Shown here one piece after another: positions 41,951 to 57,008 of a stretch of 64,000 bases of DNA. Positions within the stretch are counted from its first letter, which is position 1. Each line of letters opens with the position of its first letter. The notes under the pieces were generated by a model that was not told the origin of the DNA, did no database searches, and saw only the letters and a list, made by a program, of their open reading frames with translations. The stretch is taken from NCBI GenBank assembly GCA_012295275.1, contig CM022670.1, forward strand, positions 15,376,001 to 15,440,000, written 5' to 3'. This stretch comes from Chrysomallon squamiferum. Lineage: Eukaryota > Animalia > Mollusca. Position numbers and translations under genes: made by a program.

Positions 41951-41967
41951 CTTAGCGAAAATCAACA
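41951..41967 (+). CDS. TMEM272-like gene, putative 17-nt microexon 5 (LSENQ+H)
   Basis: Branch-like ctaac and strong polypyrimidine acceptor cttccttcag|. Strong donor CA|GTGAGT. Phase 0 to 2. Confidence 0.6.
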
Positions 41968-42213
41968 GTGAGTAATTTTGAATCGATCTTTCATCAGCGC
42001 AAACACAAGTTAGTTGAAAAATTGTAAATTACCATTTGATTTAGAAGAGAAGAATTAGGCCACTCAATAATCTCTGTAATAAGATTTTCATGCCATCTTT
42101 CTGACAGATAACGTGAAAAGTGGGGAAATATCTGTATAGTTTGAGATAAAAAATTAATCCAAAAGATTTCTGAAAACAAAATTAATGTATGTATGTGTGT
42201 ATATATGTGTGTA

Positions 42214-42267
<54 letters not shown>

Positions 42268-42804
42268 TACACACACACACTTTTGTTAAGTTTTTCTCTA
42301 AACAAAATCGATACTTATATATGTAAGTCGATGTTAGTATTACAACGTCAGTTTACTGTGACTACACTAATTAATAAAAACTATTTTGTTAATATAAAAT
42401 TAATTATTAATTTGACTGAACGTATTCTGTCGTAAAATTTTGACATAACATACTGTTTATTCTTCAGGGCAATGATAAACACTAGTTTGTATTAACACTG
42501 AACAAATATATTCATTTGAAAAGTCTGAATGAGTGTAGATGGATGTATACAGATGTATGGATAGACAAACAGATGGGTGGAAGGATAGACAGATGACAGA
42601 AAGAAAGCCAGACAAACAGACAGATGAATAGATGGATAAATGGACGGACAGTCAAATAGACAAAAAGATAGACAGACAGTCAGCCAGACAGAGAGATAGC
42701 CAGATATATAGACAGACAAACAGACAGACAGATAGAACGATAAATAGTGAATGAAAGAATATTTGTGAATGTCTTTATATGCGTGTGTACAATTTAGAAA
42801 ACAG

Positions 42805-42882
42805 CGAAATCTTTATCCTAACTACACAAGAGTTTCGGACTGTTTCTCCAGCATTTCACGGACCTAGGAACAGTTGTACGAG
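42805..42882 (+). CDS. TMEM272-like gene, putative exon 6 (EIFILTTQEFRTVSPAFHGPRNSCT+R)
   Basis: Acceptor aaacag| (competing tttag| at 42796-42797). Donor GAG|GTAAAA. Phase 2 to 2. Confidence 0.45.
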
Positions 42883-43510
42883 GTAAAACGTAGCTAAATC
42901 TCGCCGTAATACGCTACACATGACGGTGAATAATGACAGGGTGATAAACGTAATAGCAGACTAGCGTATTCCTCCGAGTCACGAAAGAGACGGGAATAAC
43001 TCGTGGTGTTGACATTGGTCAAAACGTCTCTCGCGTGATCACGGGTTTTACGTGTGTGTGTACGCTGTGTTTTCGTGACGGGTTTTAAAGTACAGAGACA
43101 GAAGAAGTTTCGAAGATTATAAGCTGTTAGAGGAGGGACAGGGGTAGGGATGTTTCAAGGTGATGTTATAAACTTAATTAATATCCACTATCTTTTGTTT
43201 GTACTCTTTGAATGGTATTCTGAATATCAGACATGTTTTTCTATTCAAGAAAAAATACACTCATATACATACAAACATACATACATACATACACATACAC
43301 ACACATACATACATACAAACATACATAGATACAGACATATATACATAGATACATAACTACATGCATATCTGATATTAAATGATGAACACCATTGTCTTTG
43401 ATTCATTGCATCATCGTATGTTTCACATCTAATATGTATAACTGTTGCACTACGCACTTAACTAGACTTTACGATATATTTTTTTTATATAAAATACTGT
43501 CAATTACAGC

Positions 43511-43567
<57 letters not shown>

Positions 43568-43635
43568 TAGAAACGTTATATAAATTGACAAGATGTCGTT
43601 GTCTTGATTGTTAAAATATATGACTGTTCTTGCAG

Positions 43636-43787
43636 ATTAAAAAATGTATTTATTTATTTTCAGTACTGTTTGTGCTGCCGTCATCGGGAACGTCATGTAC
43701 AAATTTACGACAACTGCGCATCACATGATGCTGATGACGTCAGCACATACTTACGACACAAGATCGCTTGTGTCGTGAAAAATGTAG
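43636..43787 (+). CDS. TMEM272-like gene, exon 7 (LKNVFIYFQYCLCCRH...IACVVKNV)
   Basis: Acceptor gttcttgcag| (alternative tttcag| at 43662-43663). Donor G|GTAAGG, phase 1. Confidence 0.7.
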
Positions 43788-44107
43788 GTAAGGAGAAACA
43801 TTCTTTGACAGAAAGTTATTTCTGAATAAATAAACATGTACTGAAAATATTAAGTGAAAATGTGCTTTGTTGAATTTTTAAATTTTTTTATTTTTTTATT
43901 TTTATTTTTATTTATTTTTTTCATCTCTTTTCCTGTAATATTTAAATTGTTATTTGTAGTTACATAATCTGTTATTAATCTACAGATATATATTTTTTTT
44001 CTTGTTTGATTTTCTAACCACCACTTGTTTATTCATGTTAGCTGAATGGTGTTCATTTCTAATCCTGGGATACATTAATTCCACATAAATCTATCATTTC
44101 AATACAG

Positions 44108-44188
44108 TGATTTCTGTTGTGTTTTCAGTATTCATAATCTTTATCCGGTGTATCTGTTTCATGGCTTCAGCGACACTGTTCTTTATAG
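44108..44188 (+). CDS. TMEM272: TMEM272-like gene, exon 8 (TM1: VISVVFSVFIIFIRCICFMASATLFFIG)
   Basis: Acceptor aatacag|. Donor AG|GTAAAG. Phase 1 to 1. Hydrophobic helix. Confidence 0.82.
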
Positions 44189-44302
44189 GTAAAGAAACAA
44201 AGACTGTCGTCTTAATTTTAAATTCTATTAGCATTGTTATCCTTATTATGGTGTGGTAGAGGTACATTTTCAGAAAACAATATAGTATTTTTATGCACAT
44301 GC

Positions 44303-44360
44303 AAATAAAGTTAGAGATAGTGATATATATATATATATATCACTATCTCTATCTTTATTT
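44303..44360. repeat. Near-perfect 58-bp palindrome centred on (AT)9
   Basis: aaataaagttagagatagtg-(at)9-cactatctctatctttattt. One mismatch between the arms. Confidence 0.9.
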
Positions 44361-44435
44361 ATAACACTCAAACTGTCTATCAATTTATTTCTATACTGTT
44401 CTGTTTGTATCTGTTTACTTCACTCTCTCTCTTTC

Positions 44436-44520
<85 letters not shown>

Positions 44521-44585
44521 ATCTGTCTATCGCTCTCAAAAAGTTGACACCAGCTAAGTAGATGACATTTTAAAGTTATACTCAG

Positions 44586-44789
44586 GTTTCAGGTATAGAA
44601 ACAAATGTCCTTTGGAGCCAGCTATTCCAGTGTTCCTGCTGGTGGACGGCTGTGTTCTGGCGTTGCTGTGTGCGTTGTGGACGTTGCGACGTTGCTGTAA
44701 ATCTGAAGCAAACGTAGAAAACACTTTAGACAGCTACGGAATACTAATTAAAGTACAAGTAATGTTCCTGATCCTCTGGACAGTTTCAG
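44586..44789 (+). CDS. TMEM272: TMEM272-like gene, exon 9 (GFRYRNKCPLEPAIPVFLLVDG...FLILWTVSG)
   Basis: CP.EP.IP.FLLV.G and FL..W...G match the TMEM272 signature (CPIQPLIPLYLLVGG...FLFLWFILG). Flanked by ctcag| and AG|GTTATT. Phase 1 to 1. Confidence 0.88.
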
Positions 44790-45379
44790 GTTATTATTAT
44801 TTTTTTTTTTTTTTTTTTTTCCTAATCACTTTGTATTCTAAAGTAACACAGAGCTCAATCAAAACTATTTATTTTGTGTTAGCAAAATATTATTTTTTTA
44901 CTGTTTTGTTCTCTGTTTTGGGTTTCTTTGTTGTTGTAGTTTTGTTAGAATTTTTATTTTATTATTTTAAAAAAAATTGTATTGCTGTTTTGTTTTGTTG
45001 TTGTTTTTTTTGTAGGATTTTTGGAAAGGGTTTTTTGTTTTGCTTTGTTTTGTTGTTGTTTTTTTGCGAGATATGTTGTTGGGTTTGTTTGTTTTTTGTT
45101 TTTTATTTATTTTATTTAATTGTTGTTGTTTTGTTTTTTTCGGATGTGCATTAGACTTGACATAGAAAATTAATGTAATTGTATATCTTTGATTGTGTGT
45201 CAAATGGCGCGTGTCTATTTTTAATGTGAGCGTTGTTTTATTTTTTTGCATTATCAATCTCAGATAAAAAAATTAAAAAATTCATTAGTAAAAAGAACGT
45301 AGTTAGGTATCAGATCTATATGTAAGTAAACAATATATATATATTTATTTATTTTATTTTATTTTGTAGTTTTTTTCAG

Positions 45380-45585
45380 GTTCAGTCTGGATTTACTCAG
45401 AACTTCACAAAGCCAATTTTCTAGACGCTGGGTCCAAACACTTTTGTGAGCCAAGCGTTTTCTGGGTCGCATTTGGTTTAGTGACTTTTACTTACGTAAT
45501 TCTTTTTCTGGGTGTTTTTGTCTCTGCGTGCATCTGTTTGTTTGCCCGCATGCACGAAGCACATGCTTGTGCGTACGACATTTGA
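45380..45585 (+). CDS. TMEM272: TMEM272-like gene, last exon (GSVWIYS...HFCEPSVFWVAFG...AYDI*)
   Basis: Acceptor ttttttcag|. G.VW.YS...FC....F..AF matches TMEM272 (GNYWVFS...YCDKTLYLFA). Stop TGA at 45583-45585. The full 10-exon model is 957 nt / 318 aa with no internal stop. Confidence 0.88.
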
Positions 45586-45997
45586 TAGTGTGGATGTTAA
45601 AAATATCTAAGAACTGATATAGCTGTTGATACCTTTGAATCAGAAGTTCTGTGATTTCTTTTATACGCTCGTGTTGTTTATATATCAAAGCTTTAAGAAG
45701 AACTTTGAAAAATCTCAGTAATCAGTCAAAAAACAATGAAAGAACAAATGAAATGTATATCTGATTATTACTGTTGACATTTTTGTATATACTTTAAGAG
45801 AGTAATATTACCAAAAAAAAATAAAGATGATTTTGAAAAACTGTTATTGGTATTGTGTATTTATTTATTTATTTCTGTTTTGTTAATTATTTTAAAATAA
45901 ATTAAATAATAAAAATAAAAATCATAACAATAATAACAATAATAATAGTAATAGTAATAGTAGTAGTAGTAGCAATAATAATAATAACAGTAGTAAC

Positions 45998-46037
<40 letters not shown>

Positions 46038-46912
46038 AAGCAGTTCGTTTGCACAACTCTTGTGTTCATTTTCACAATAAAGTAATGCAAATATATTTGT
46101 TTAAAGTACACACACACAAACACTCAAAGACAAAACAAAAGCAAAAAACCCCAAAAAAACAAAACAAAAAGCGATTATGTAATACAAAATATAAAATATA
46201 TATTGATATTCATAATAATTATCAGCTATTATTATTGTTAGTAGTAGTAGTAGTAGAGTAGTAGTAGTAGTAGTAGTAGTAGTAGCAGCAGCAGCAGCAG
46301 TAGTAGAAGTAGCAGTAGTAGAAGTAGTAGAAGTAGCAGCTGTTGTAAATGATAATGAGATTTTTTAATTTTAATTATTGCTCTCTAAGTTTTTATTTCT
46401 GCTGTTTTGGCTTTATTATTTTATATATATATATTTTTTTTTTTTCCAGTTATTATTCTTATTTTTTTTTTTTTTTTTTTATTATTATTATTATTCATCT
46501 CAAAATGTCCCCTCATCTCTTTCTCACACTAACACAAGTCATATTTAAATTACCACCTTCATTAATCTTTCAGCACTTGGTCAGCGGAGTGGTGAGCTGA
46601 AACATCCTAAATAAAATCTTACGTTTACCCATTGATTCTTGCCTCTTCCACCCACTGACAAAGTTAATCTGCGATGAGACTGATTAAGTCTAAAGCGTTT
46701 TCCTTGTTTGGTTCCAGCAGGTGCTAAGTGCGGCAGTTGCTCTATGACACAGTCTGCTTTACGACTCACTCAGAGTTGCCAAGTACAGGATTCACTGGCC
46801 GTGCTTAGCACGATTTATAGTCACGGACCTGCCTTAATATACAAGTTGGAGAGATTTTTTTGTTGTTGTTGCTGTTCCCCTTTAAGGAGATTGAGAGATA
46901 TTTACGTTGGAG

Positions 46913-47045
<133 letters not shown>

Positions 47046-47481
47046 TGTGTGTAATTACTTTTAAAAATGCACCGAAAGAGTCTCTCAAACAAAACATATA
47101 TCACGCATTTCTGTCTGTCTATCTGTCTCTGTGTGTATATACATATATATATAAACAAACAAGAAAGCCAGAAAAAGCGTCAAGTGAGAAACTAAAACAA
47201 CAGGACCAAATTAGTACTTGCCTACAGCTTGTTTCACTTACTGGCTCATTAGTTCTGTCGTGGTGTTTTTTCTATCAATAAATGACCTTTAAACAATGAG
47301 TGTGACTTCTTTGATCAAATCCTGAGATGTTCATTAACGATTCTGACCTATCACAATTTCCAGCAACTGAAAACTTCTCACATTTTTCCTTCCAGATATA
47401 GGTCATACAGAACAAAAGTGATGTCTACATCGCAGCTTCGTCATTGTCTTTATTCTTCTTTTTTCCCTTTCTCTTAATTAC

Positions 47482-47589
<108 letters not shown>

Positions 47590-47645
47590 ATATATATACA
47601 ACACCCAACAATAAATATATTTCTCTTTCTCTCCATAACTTTCTG

Positions 47646-47748
<103 letters not shown>

Positions 47749-47858
47749 CTCTGTGTTTCTCTCTCCATCTCTCTCTCTCTCTTTCTTTCTCTGTTCGTTT
47801 AAATATATCTCTCACATTGTTAATAGAGATATATACAATTCATTAACTTACATTATTA

Positions 47859-47907
<49 letters not shown>

Positions 47908-48768
47908 ACAAGAAAACTAAGCAAACGAGATAACCCTCTTTTCTTTCACGGATTATGAAAATAATGACTAAATAAGTGTAATAATATATTTTAATATTTT
48001 AAATATACTGCTTTTACATATCAAGTTTATTTTTTAAACTGTAATACTTTACAAAAAATCTTTTCGTTTTCACGGTTAACAAGTCCGTACAATTTTCCAG
48101 TTGCTGCCATCAAAACTAAGCCGCGTTTAAACAGAAATTTTTAACTCCTGGTTTTTCTAACTGTCATCAAAAATAAGATATTGCTTTTACTTTATAGTTA
48201 AAATATTGCTGCAGGATCAGTAGATTACAGAATAGGCTTCAGAGGTTTTCTATCTAATATTATGACAATAATAGCAACAACAACAACGACGACGACGACA
48301 ACAACAATACAAAAAATAATTAATTAATAATCACTTTCAACAGTATATTTAATAATTAATCAAAATCTTAAAAAATAACTATAGCAGTGACGGAGATAGT
48401 CACAAATTCTCTTAAAAGACTGGGTTATCAATAATCTCTTACAGTGACACTTCTGAAACAAAAGATGTAATACATTTTAGTAGTCATCCATTAAAAAAAG
48501 TACACGTAAAGTTTAAAACAAGGATTTTGTCCACATATCTCGTTGCACTGACGTCAGAAGTCTTCTCAAGATTACAAATTGTAGACTTAAGAAACTAATA
48601 TTAATGATGAAATGATTTTACAAATTATATGACAAATTTGATTCTGTTTACATGTTCATGTGTATATGTGTTTGTGTGTGAACAATTAAAAATATATACA
48701 CACAAAAAATACATACATATATACATACATATATATGTACATATATATAGATATAGATATAGATATAG

Positions 48769-48812
<44 letters not shown>

Positions 48813-49306
48813 TGTATTATATTAGACTTTCATATATACATACACATATAGATAAACACATACACACACACACATACACACAACTATATACATACAAATA
48901 TATAATTATATATATGTATGCAAATTTATATATGTGTGTGCATATGTGTGTATAGAAACATAAATGTGTGTGTATATGTATGTGTATGTATGTATACATA
49001 TGAAAGTCTGATATAATACAAACTGTTTTTGTTACTTCGACAAAGAGCATATTTTAAGTAACGAATTCTCTTTATCTGAAATAATATGCTTATTTAAAAA
49101 CATGCACATGCAGCAAAAACATGCGTACAACACAAACACAATGCATGACCAGTAATGAAAATCTTTATAAAGAGTGAGCTAGGTTATTACACGCTGAAAC
49201 GAAAACCTCTCCAATGACATTAAAGTAGGTATCACCATAATTAACAATTCAATAGGAATGAATTGAATATTCATTTAATTTTTTTCATTATTATAATTAT
49301 TATTTA

Positions 49307-49357
<51 letters not shown>

Positions 49358-49438
49358 GTTATCATCATCATCATTATTATTATTATTATTTTAATTTAGT
49401 TTATCTACAGAGATAAATAAATAAATAAACAAAGATTA

Positions 49439-49496
<58 letters not shown>

Positions 49497-50199
49497 GTAA
49501 TAGTAATAATAATAATAATAATTAATAATAAATATCTCTAAACTCTCTGTGTTCATTCTACTCCACATTAAACAAACTCAAAGTGTTTACTCTTAAGTTC
49601 CGTTTAACTGATAATGACAAACTTCCGTGAGCGACCGTCACCATACGTAATTTAACTTGCGTATGAAAAACCTTCAACAAATATCCCTATCGAATTTCTT
49701 CCATCATAATAGACCAGTCGGTTCGTGATAGGTATGGAGAGGGCTGAAGCATCTCTTAACGGGAGGACGAGCCGGACAATGAGAGTCAACAAAACAAGGA
49801 AGCTTTTGTGTGTGCCACAACAACACAGAGCATTCAGTTGTTTATGTACAAATTGATCGTTGTTACGTGTTACAGTGCAGCGACGAAAAGAAAGCAAAAA
49901 GAAAAGATTACGTAAAATCTCCCTGTAGCAGTGTTAGATCAGTAATCATAACAAAATCTGACTGGTTTTTTTTTTTGGTTGAATGCTGCTTTTCTGTTAT
50001 TTTTAATGTTTTGTTGTTTTGTTTTTGTTGTTGTTGTTGTTGTTGTTGTTATTATTATTAGTGTTATTATTGTTATTTAATTTATTTATTTATTTATTTA
50101 TTTATTTTATACCAAATAAGAATTTATTTATTTATTTATTATTCATTTAATTTTATAGCAAATAAGAAATGCAGTTTTCTCTTATTCATTTATTTTGTT

Positions 50200-50267
<68 letters not shown>

Positions 50268-50937
50268 CGTGCATGTATGTGTATATTATAGTTTGTTTGT
50301 TTTGTTATTGTTTCTTTTTCATTAAAAACACGTTCTACCCACCACTGGGCATTTTCCCTTGTTACAACAACATCCATGTCATTGTCAATGTTATTTATTA
50401 TTAACCTTGATGTTTATGATACTGATAATGATGATGAAACTAATGAAGATGGTGAAGATTCTCGTCAAGATCTTGACGATTATGACGATGCTAATAATGA
50501 AACCCCTGATGTTGATGATGTGATATTTGTTCTAAGCATGATGACGTAGTGGTCGTCTAACTCATTCTTTCTAGTTTTTCGTTATTTCTTGATCCCTGTC
50601 GCGTACAAACAGTCTGTATGGAACTAATCTGAAAACAAACAGCACACAGGCAGTGCGTTCTCGTCCAAAACAGTCGAGTGGAGAATGGTGCTGTGTGTCA
50701 CAAACCAAAACTGAATCCTTTGTCCAACACGCCGATTAAAGATTTATGTCCCTGTTTAACGTTCTGCGCGTGCGCGGGAAGCAGACCGTCCACTTTACCT
50801 GTACCGATTGTTGGAATGTCGTATCATTGGCAAAGTGATCGCATTCGACGTCAGAGCCAGGGACACCGGTGCAAGTCGTTTAAAAGTGAACTAACAAAGA
50901 TTATGTGTCTTGTTTAGAAAAACACCGAGTAACGAAG

Positions 50938-50994
50938 ATGGCTGTATCTGGACGGACCCGTTATGCCTTTATTGCAATTAATTTCGTGTTTTGG
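50938..50994 (+). CDS. Tetraspanin exon 1 (MAVSGRTRYAFIAINFVFW)
   Basis: AAG-ATG-G start. N-F-x-F-W motif of tetraspanin TM1. Donor TGG|GTAAGT, phase 0. Confidence 0.9.
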
Positions 50995-51035
50995 GTAAGT
51001 TATATTTAAAAATATATTTGTTCTTGTTCTTGTTG

Positions 51036-51093
<58 letters not shown>

Positions 51094-53831
51094 TTATTCT
51101 CATATAAACTCTGATTGATGTTGTTTACTTTTTCTTATCTTAATGTCAATCATGATCAAGTTTGATATTTATAATTTCGGGTTTACGCCTCGTTACATTT
51201 GATCGATAAATAGAAACATTTTGGAAACAAACAAATCTGAAGAATTAAATTTGAAGGCAGCCCAGATTTAATTATTTAATTCTCTTCTATTTCACTGTGT
51301 ACTTGTGGGGTTTTTTTTTTGTTTTTTATACTCTAAATATAAAGTTAATAAGTGTTTGTTTGTCACAGAATGGTTAAGATTGTAATGTTAGATAGTTGAA
51401 ATCTTTTCATTCGCACTGATATCAACGAAAGAAGATCTTTATCGCTTGAAGAATAATATTAATTTTATATTATTTTATTTTTGGACGTTTTTAATGTTGG
51501 CTGATACATATCTGTATTATAGTATTTAATTATTTGTTAATATCTTAGTCAAATAACTAAATAGCAAAAATTCTTAAGTTCATCAAACTGGAACGAATCT
51601 TCATGTGTCAGTGTTATGATACTGAAAAACTAAAAACATTTAAGTTTGCATTTGATACTGATAAATAATAGATAAAAGGTACACTTAAGTACACTTCATA
51701 TATTTCTGTGCATCAATATACAGATAACACATAGTTTTATAAGGGATACGAATTTGTATTTTTTTCTCTCATTTTGTATATATATATATTGTCTAAAATA
51801 TATACACACTCACATATACGGTTGAATAAATCACAAACACATACATACATACATACATACATACATGCATATGTTAATATTACGTGTTTTTTCTCAGATA
51901 TTTGTGTGTAACTATCATGTACTACGTTGTCGAACATTTTTAAGAAACTGTTTATAAATCAAGTAATTGTTGTACTCTATTCAAAGCTGAAACTGGAATT
52001 TTCTTTTTTCACACTTACTGTTAAGATGCATTTAACAACAACAAAAAATAAATAATAAATAAATAAAAATGATGATGTTGATGATCATCATCATCATCTT
52101 TAACTCAATACAACCTTGAATATATTTTTAAATATATATATATATATATAGACTTTACATACGTCTTCCACACAGACGCGTGGAAGTGACGTCATGTGTA
52201 CTTTGATGTGATTTCCCAGTGACAAACAGATATTGATTGGTGAACTTTTCACCACGACTTCTCTTACGACATTGTCAGTCTAAGAACACTTCACAATCTT
52301 CATGTAACAGATACGGAAAATATTAACATTTAATGTGGCCATTTTTTTAATTTTTCATATATATTTATATATAACAGTGCGATATAAAAGTTCATAAAAA
52401 ATTCAGTCTGCATAAAACTTCGTGTTTTAAACCAGCAGTAGAAGTCAGAAGACAAATAAAGGAACGTGGAATTTGGCCTAAAATAATAAATAATAATAAT
52501 AATGTCTTGATATTGTTTTATATGTTATTGGTGTTCTGTATACATAGTGTAATGGTTTCTGTTATCGGATCAAGATATTTTATTCACTTCTGAGTGTTTG
52601 TTTCATTCTGTTTAGCAAAATACAACAGTTTTGTATGGCCAATATGATGACTTGTTCTATTAGTAGAAATACTATTAGATTTTTCTTCTGCGTTTTATTG
52701 GTTTTTTTATTTTGTTTTGTTTTGGGTTTTCTTGTTGTTTCTATCTTGTTTTTTGTTCTTGTCTGGTTGTTTTTAGTTAAATATGGTATTAAAGTTATTG
52801 TTGGTTTGTTTTATTTTACTGTTTTGTCTGTTGTTGTTTTGTTTTTGTTTTTTGTTATTGTTGTCGTGTTTATTTTTGTTTTGTTTTTTTATTAAATATG
52901 ATATATTATATATGTATATGAACGAGTTACCAGATAAGAGTTGTTGTAGGCAACAATCTAATATTTCAGTTCTGTGAGAGAAAGTTACGTTGGTATGTTG
53001 TAAAATTAGTTAAGAATAATGCAGAGTTTCGTATTATGGTTTTTCAGTTTCAGCTTTAATGACAAAAGATAATAAAAGAAATTCTCATTGTTTACCTAAG
53101 TAAAGTTATTTAAATAGCAAAAGTGAATATCGCGATATGGTATAGAGAAAAATACTGGGCTGAAACAAATATTAATAAGCAAAATTATGATTTATTCAAC
53201 CATATATGTGTATGCGTGTGTGTGTGTGTGTGTGTGTGTGCGCGTGTGTGTGTGTGTGTTTCAGTCCTATGTGAAAGGAAATCGCGTCTCAAATGCCACT
53301 TATTGAAAAAACCCAACCCAGTTCATTATTGTTGTTTTTAAAAATTACATTTAATTTTGTATTTAAATTCTGTTCAGGTAAAAACACATTGTACAATGAC
53401 AAATTAAGTAACTAACAAATTTAGTCAGATAGTTTAGTACGTGTTATACATTTTTTTATTTTCTACAGTTTCTTTCTTGTCAATTTTCGGTATAATTCAG
53501 TTTGCTATTTTCACTAGCTCTTCACAGTGCCTGGATCAAAGAGATCGGTGTTTTTAACTGTGAAGCACACTGTACTGGAACTGCTTCGTTCACAAACACT
53601 CTGTGCTTGGAAACTGATACTGCATGTTCTGCGTGCTTTATCTTCGTGAGATATTGATAATGAGTAAGCTGAGAAGTAAATCTTGATACAGCAAGATCAA
53701 AATGGATATTTAACGCTTTCTGCACGCAGTAACACCCATATGTAATTTTCATTTAATTTTTTATTATTTTTTTTTTTTTTACCAGAAAATTACATGACTT
53801 TTTCAAAAAACAGATAGCTCTGTAGAAGTAT

Positions 53832-53866
<35 letters not shown>

Positions 53867-54205
53867 CAGCAATGCAGTGATATTGATAAAAAAAATACTA
53901 GTTGAATGAGTTAGGTATTGCATATCAAGACTTGCATACAGTCAGGTGTGTTTATTGCGTTACCATAGACACAGACAAAGAGAACGCGACTTGACAAAAT
54001 GAAAGAGGGAGCAAAAAAAAAAAAAAAAAAAAAAAGAGAAAAGAAAATTAATGATTTAGTTAACAAAGTACTGAAAGCATACATAACAGAAAACTAGCTT
54101 TGCGATAGAATATTCAATTTTTATTAAGAATGTTTTATAAGAGAATATTTTTATATATGAATATATACCAAAGAGTTTGTCACTGCAATTCTGTGATTAA
54201 TATTT

Positions 54206-54331
<126 letters not shown>

Positions 54332-54408
54332 AGACAAATTCCTTACTATATGACATTTTTATATACTTCTTAAACATCATGAAAATCCTTGCACCTCTAC
54401 GCATATTC

Positions 54409-54458
<50 letters not shown>

Positions 54459-54926
54459 ACAAAATACAAAACACACACACTACACATGCAAAAACACACT
54501 GAACAGATCAGCTGGTTGGAAATAACTCTAAAATACAAACAATAGATATAGGAAGTAACAACACACTCGTTCCAGACAACTGAGTGACACTTTCAGAATC
54601 TGTCTACTGATGTACGCAATACTAAACTTCATTTCCAGCTTACTGGGACAAAATGTAATAATGGTTTCCCTGGTTATTTACAGTTGTTTGGTGTCAAAGT
54701 ACCTTAATCTCATTCGATACTGAAATATATCCTGGTATTGGTGCTTAGTAGGATATTCTGTTTTATTTTAACACGTAAACAATTGTTATGTTGATATTAA
54801 TCTGAGAATAAGGTCAGCGAAAACTAATTTGTATCGCTAATTAACTGTTAATGAAAAAAGAAAATCTGTGATCGGTTCATTAATGTAATGGCTATTATTT
54901 CTACAAAAAAGTATTCTGTTACAATT

Positions 54927-55039
<113 letters not shown>

Positions 55040-55275
55040 ATGGATTTTCAGAAAAATTATATGAACAAATATACAAATATGTATGTTTAATAACGAACAT
55101 ATTATCTATGCTTTTATCACTCGGAAGTACTTACACACATACATTACCAGTTATACACAAGAATACTAATTTAAGTAATTATAAAGTGTATCTATTTTGA
55201 GCATTATTATTGTCATTGTTGTTGTTGTTGTTAATATTTCTTTTACTTATGTACACATTTAATTTATGTTTTCAG

Positions 55276-55359
55276 CTGATTGGACTGTCTGTGTCTATAT
55301 TTATAGTGTGGACCCTGGTAACAAACCCTGCTTTAAACGAATTCCTTTCTGGAACATCT
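55276..55359 (+). CDS. Tetraspanin exon 2 (LIGLSVSIFIVWTLVTNPALNEFLSGTS)
   Basis: Acceptor ttttcag|. Donor |GTAAGT. Phase 0 to 0. Confidence 0.9.
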
Positions 55360-56104
55360 GTAAGTTTAACAGTCCACTACCTTATTTTACAAGCGTTTTA
55401 GAGAAAAATAATAAAAACTATACATAATGAAATTTTAACTATATATTTATTTAATTTCTTTTTTTTTTTTTTTTTTTTTTATTATTAATAGTAATGTTTG
55501 TGTTTATAATATTTCGGTTAAATAATTCGTTAATATTTAAATGGAACTGATTTTGCTTAAAGGTAATTTAAAATGAACATTGTATATACATTTCTGAAGT
55601 TTTGGTTTTTACATACGTAGCAACCAGAAAACAGTTGCGTCCGGGCTTTGTGAGTTTTATCATTGTGGTCCTAATCAGATACACACAATATATGGAAATG
55701 GAAATGGAAAAAAATTAACGTGCTAATCAGAGCAAGCTGTTTTATTGTTCAGTGATTAAACAGAAAAGGTCAGCGGGCGTGTCCGAAGTAGACACAATAT
55801 AAACACTACACTTGTTTAAGTACTCACTACGTTTTTACTGTTCAGTGATTAAATAGAAAAAAATACTTGAATTATACACACAGATGGAATAAGAGCAAAA
55901 CAGACAAAATAAGAAATGCACTCTTTGAATACAGAGAAATACATATATACATGCATACATATGTTTTATACATACATATATATATATATATATGCATGTA
56001 CATCAGTGATATAGAACTTTTACAAGTTATAAAGCACTACTACCTAATGAAATGTTGTTATCAGTGTAACACACAAATAACTGTATGTTTCTACTTTATT
56101 TCAG

Positions 56105-56153
56105 GTGCTGTCTTACACATTGGTCGCCGTGGGGGCAGTTATTGTGATAATTG
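56105..56153 (+). CDS. Tetraspanin exon 3 (VLSYTLVAVGAVIVII+G)
   Basis: Acceptor tttcag|. Donor G|GTAAGA. Phase 0 to 1. TM2. Confidence 0.9.
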
Positions 56154-56850
56154 GTAAGAAATATTACTTTTACATACTCCAGTTATAAATCATAGTATTA
56201 TCACAATTAAATAAAACCTGTTATCTACGCAATATGATATGTAAAGTTAAGTAATTTTAATACACACATCAGAATAAACCCAAGTGGCAGTAAATTAAAT
56301 ATGTTTTCTACGCAGTTCGAAATATAAATTACACTGCACTGAATATATGTTTCAAAACGAATAAAATCTCTTATCTACTCAATAAGAAAAATAACGGACA
56401 GTGAGTATAAGCGTGAAAATAAACCAGGTTAAAAAGAAAATATTCATGTAGAAAATGAACTAAGTCATTGTATTTATCGCCTCAAATTCGTTTCGATTGA
56501 AAAAATATTTGAAATATGTGGTATATTTAAAACTGCTGTGTTAATACTTACTAGCCGATGTCCTGTGGGTTATTTAGGGAAGAAACATTCGACTTAATAC
56601 GGTGATCGGTTGTTTTAACAGCGAGAATTAGAGAAAGTTTAACGTGTTAATCAGAGAAATTCCGCGACAAAATACGTCTCCGATTCGACCTCAGGTGGTA
56701 CGAAGAGAAAATCTGTAAAACATTTTGTGTATTTTCACTTTATTTATTTATTTATTCCTGGCGACAAATATTTGTTCGTAAGAAAGCATAATAATAAAAT
56801 AAAAAAATAAAAATAACAATTAAACCAAAAAGAAAAATAAAAAAAAATAA

Positions 56851-56882
<32 letters not shown>

Positions 56883-56919
56883 TCATGGATTTTGAGTTAG
56901 TTTATCATAATTTGAAACG

Positions 56920-57008
<89 letters not shown>

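Noticed and set aside
55740-55860. ~28-bp direct repeat (ttgttcagtgattaaa.agaaaa), and a similar local duplication at 20401-20558
   Set aside because: Ordinary short local duplications with no TIRs or other element structure.
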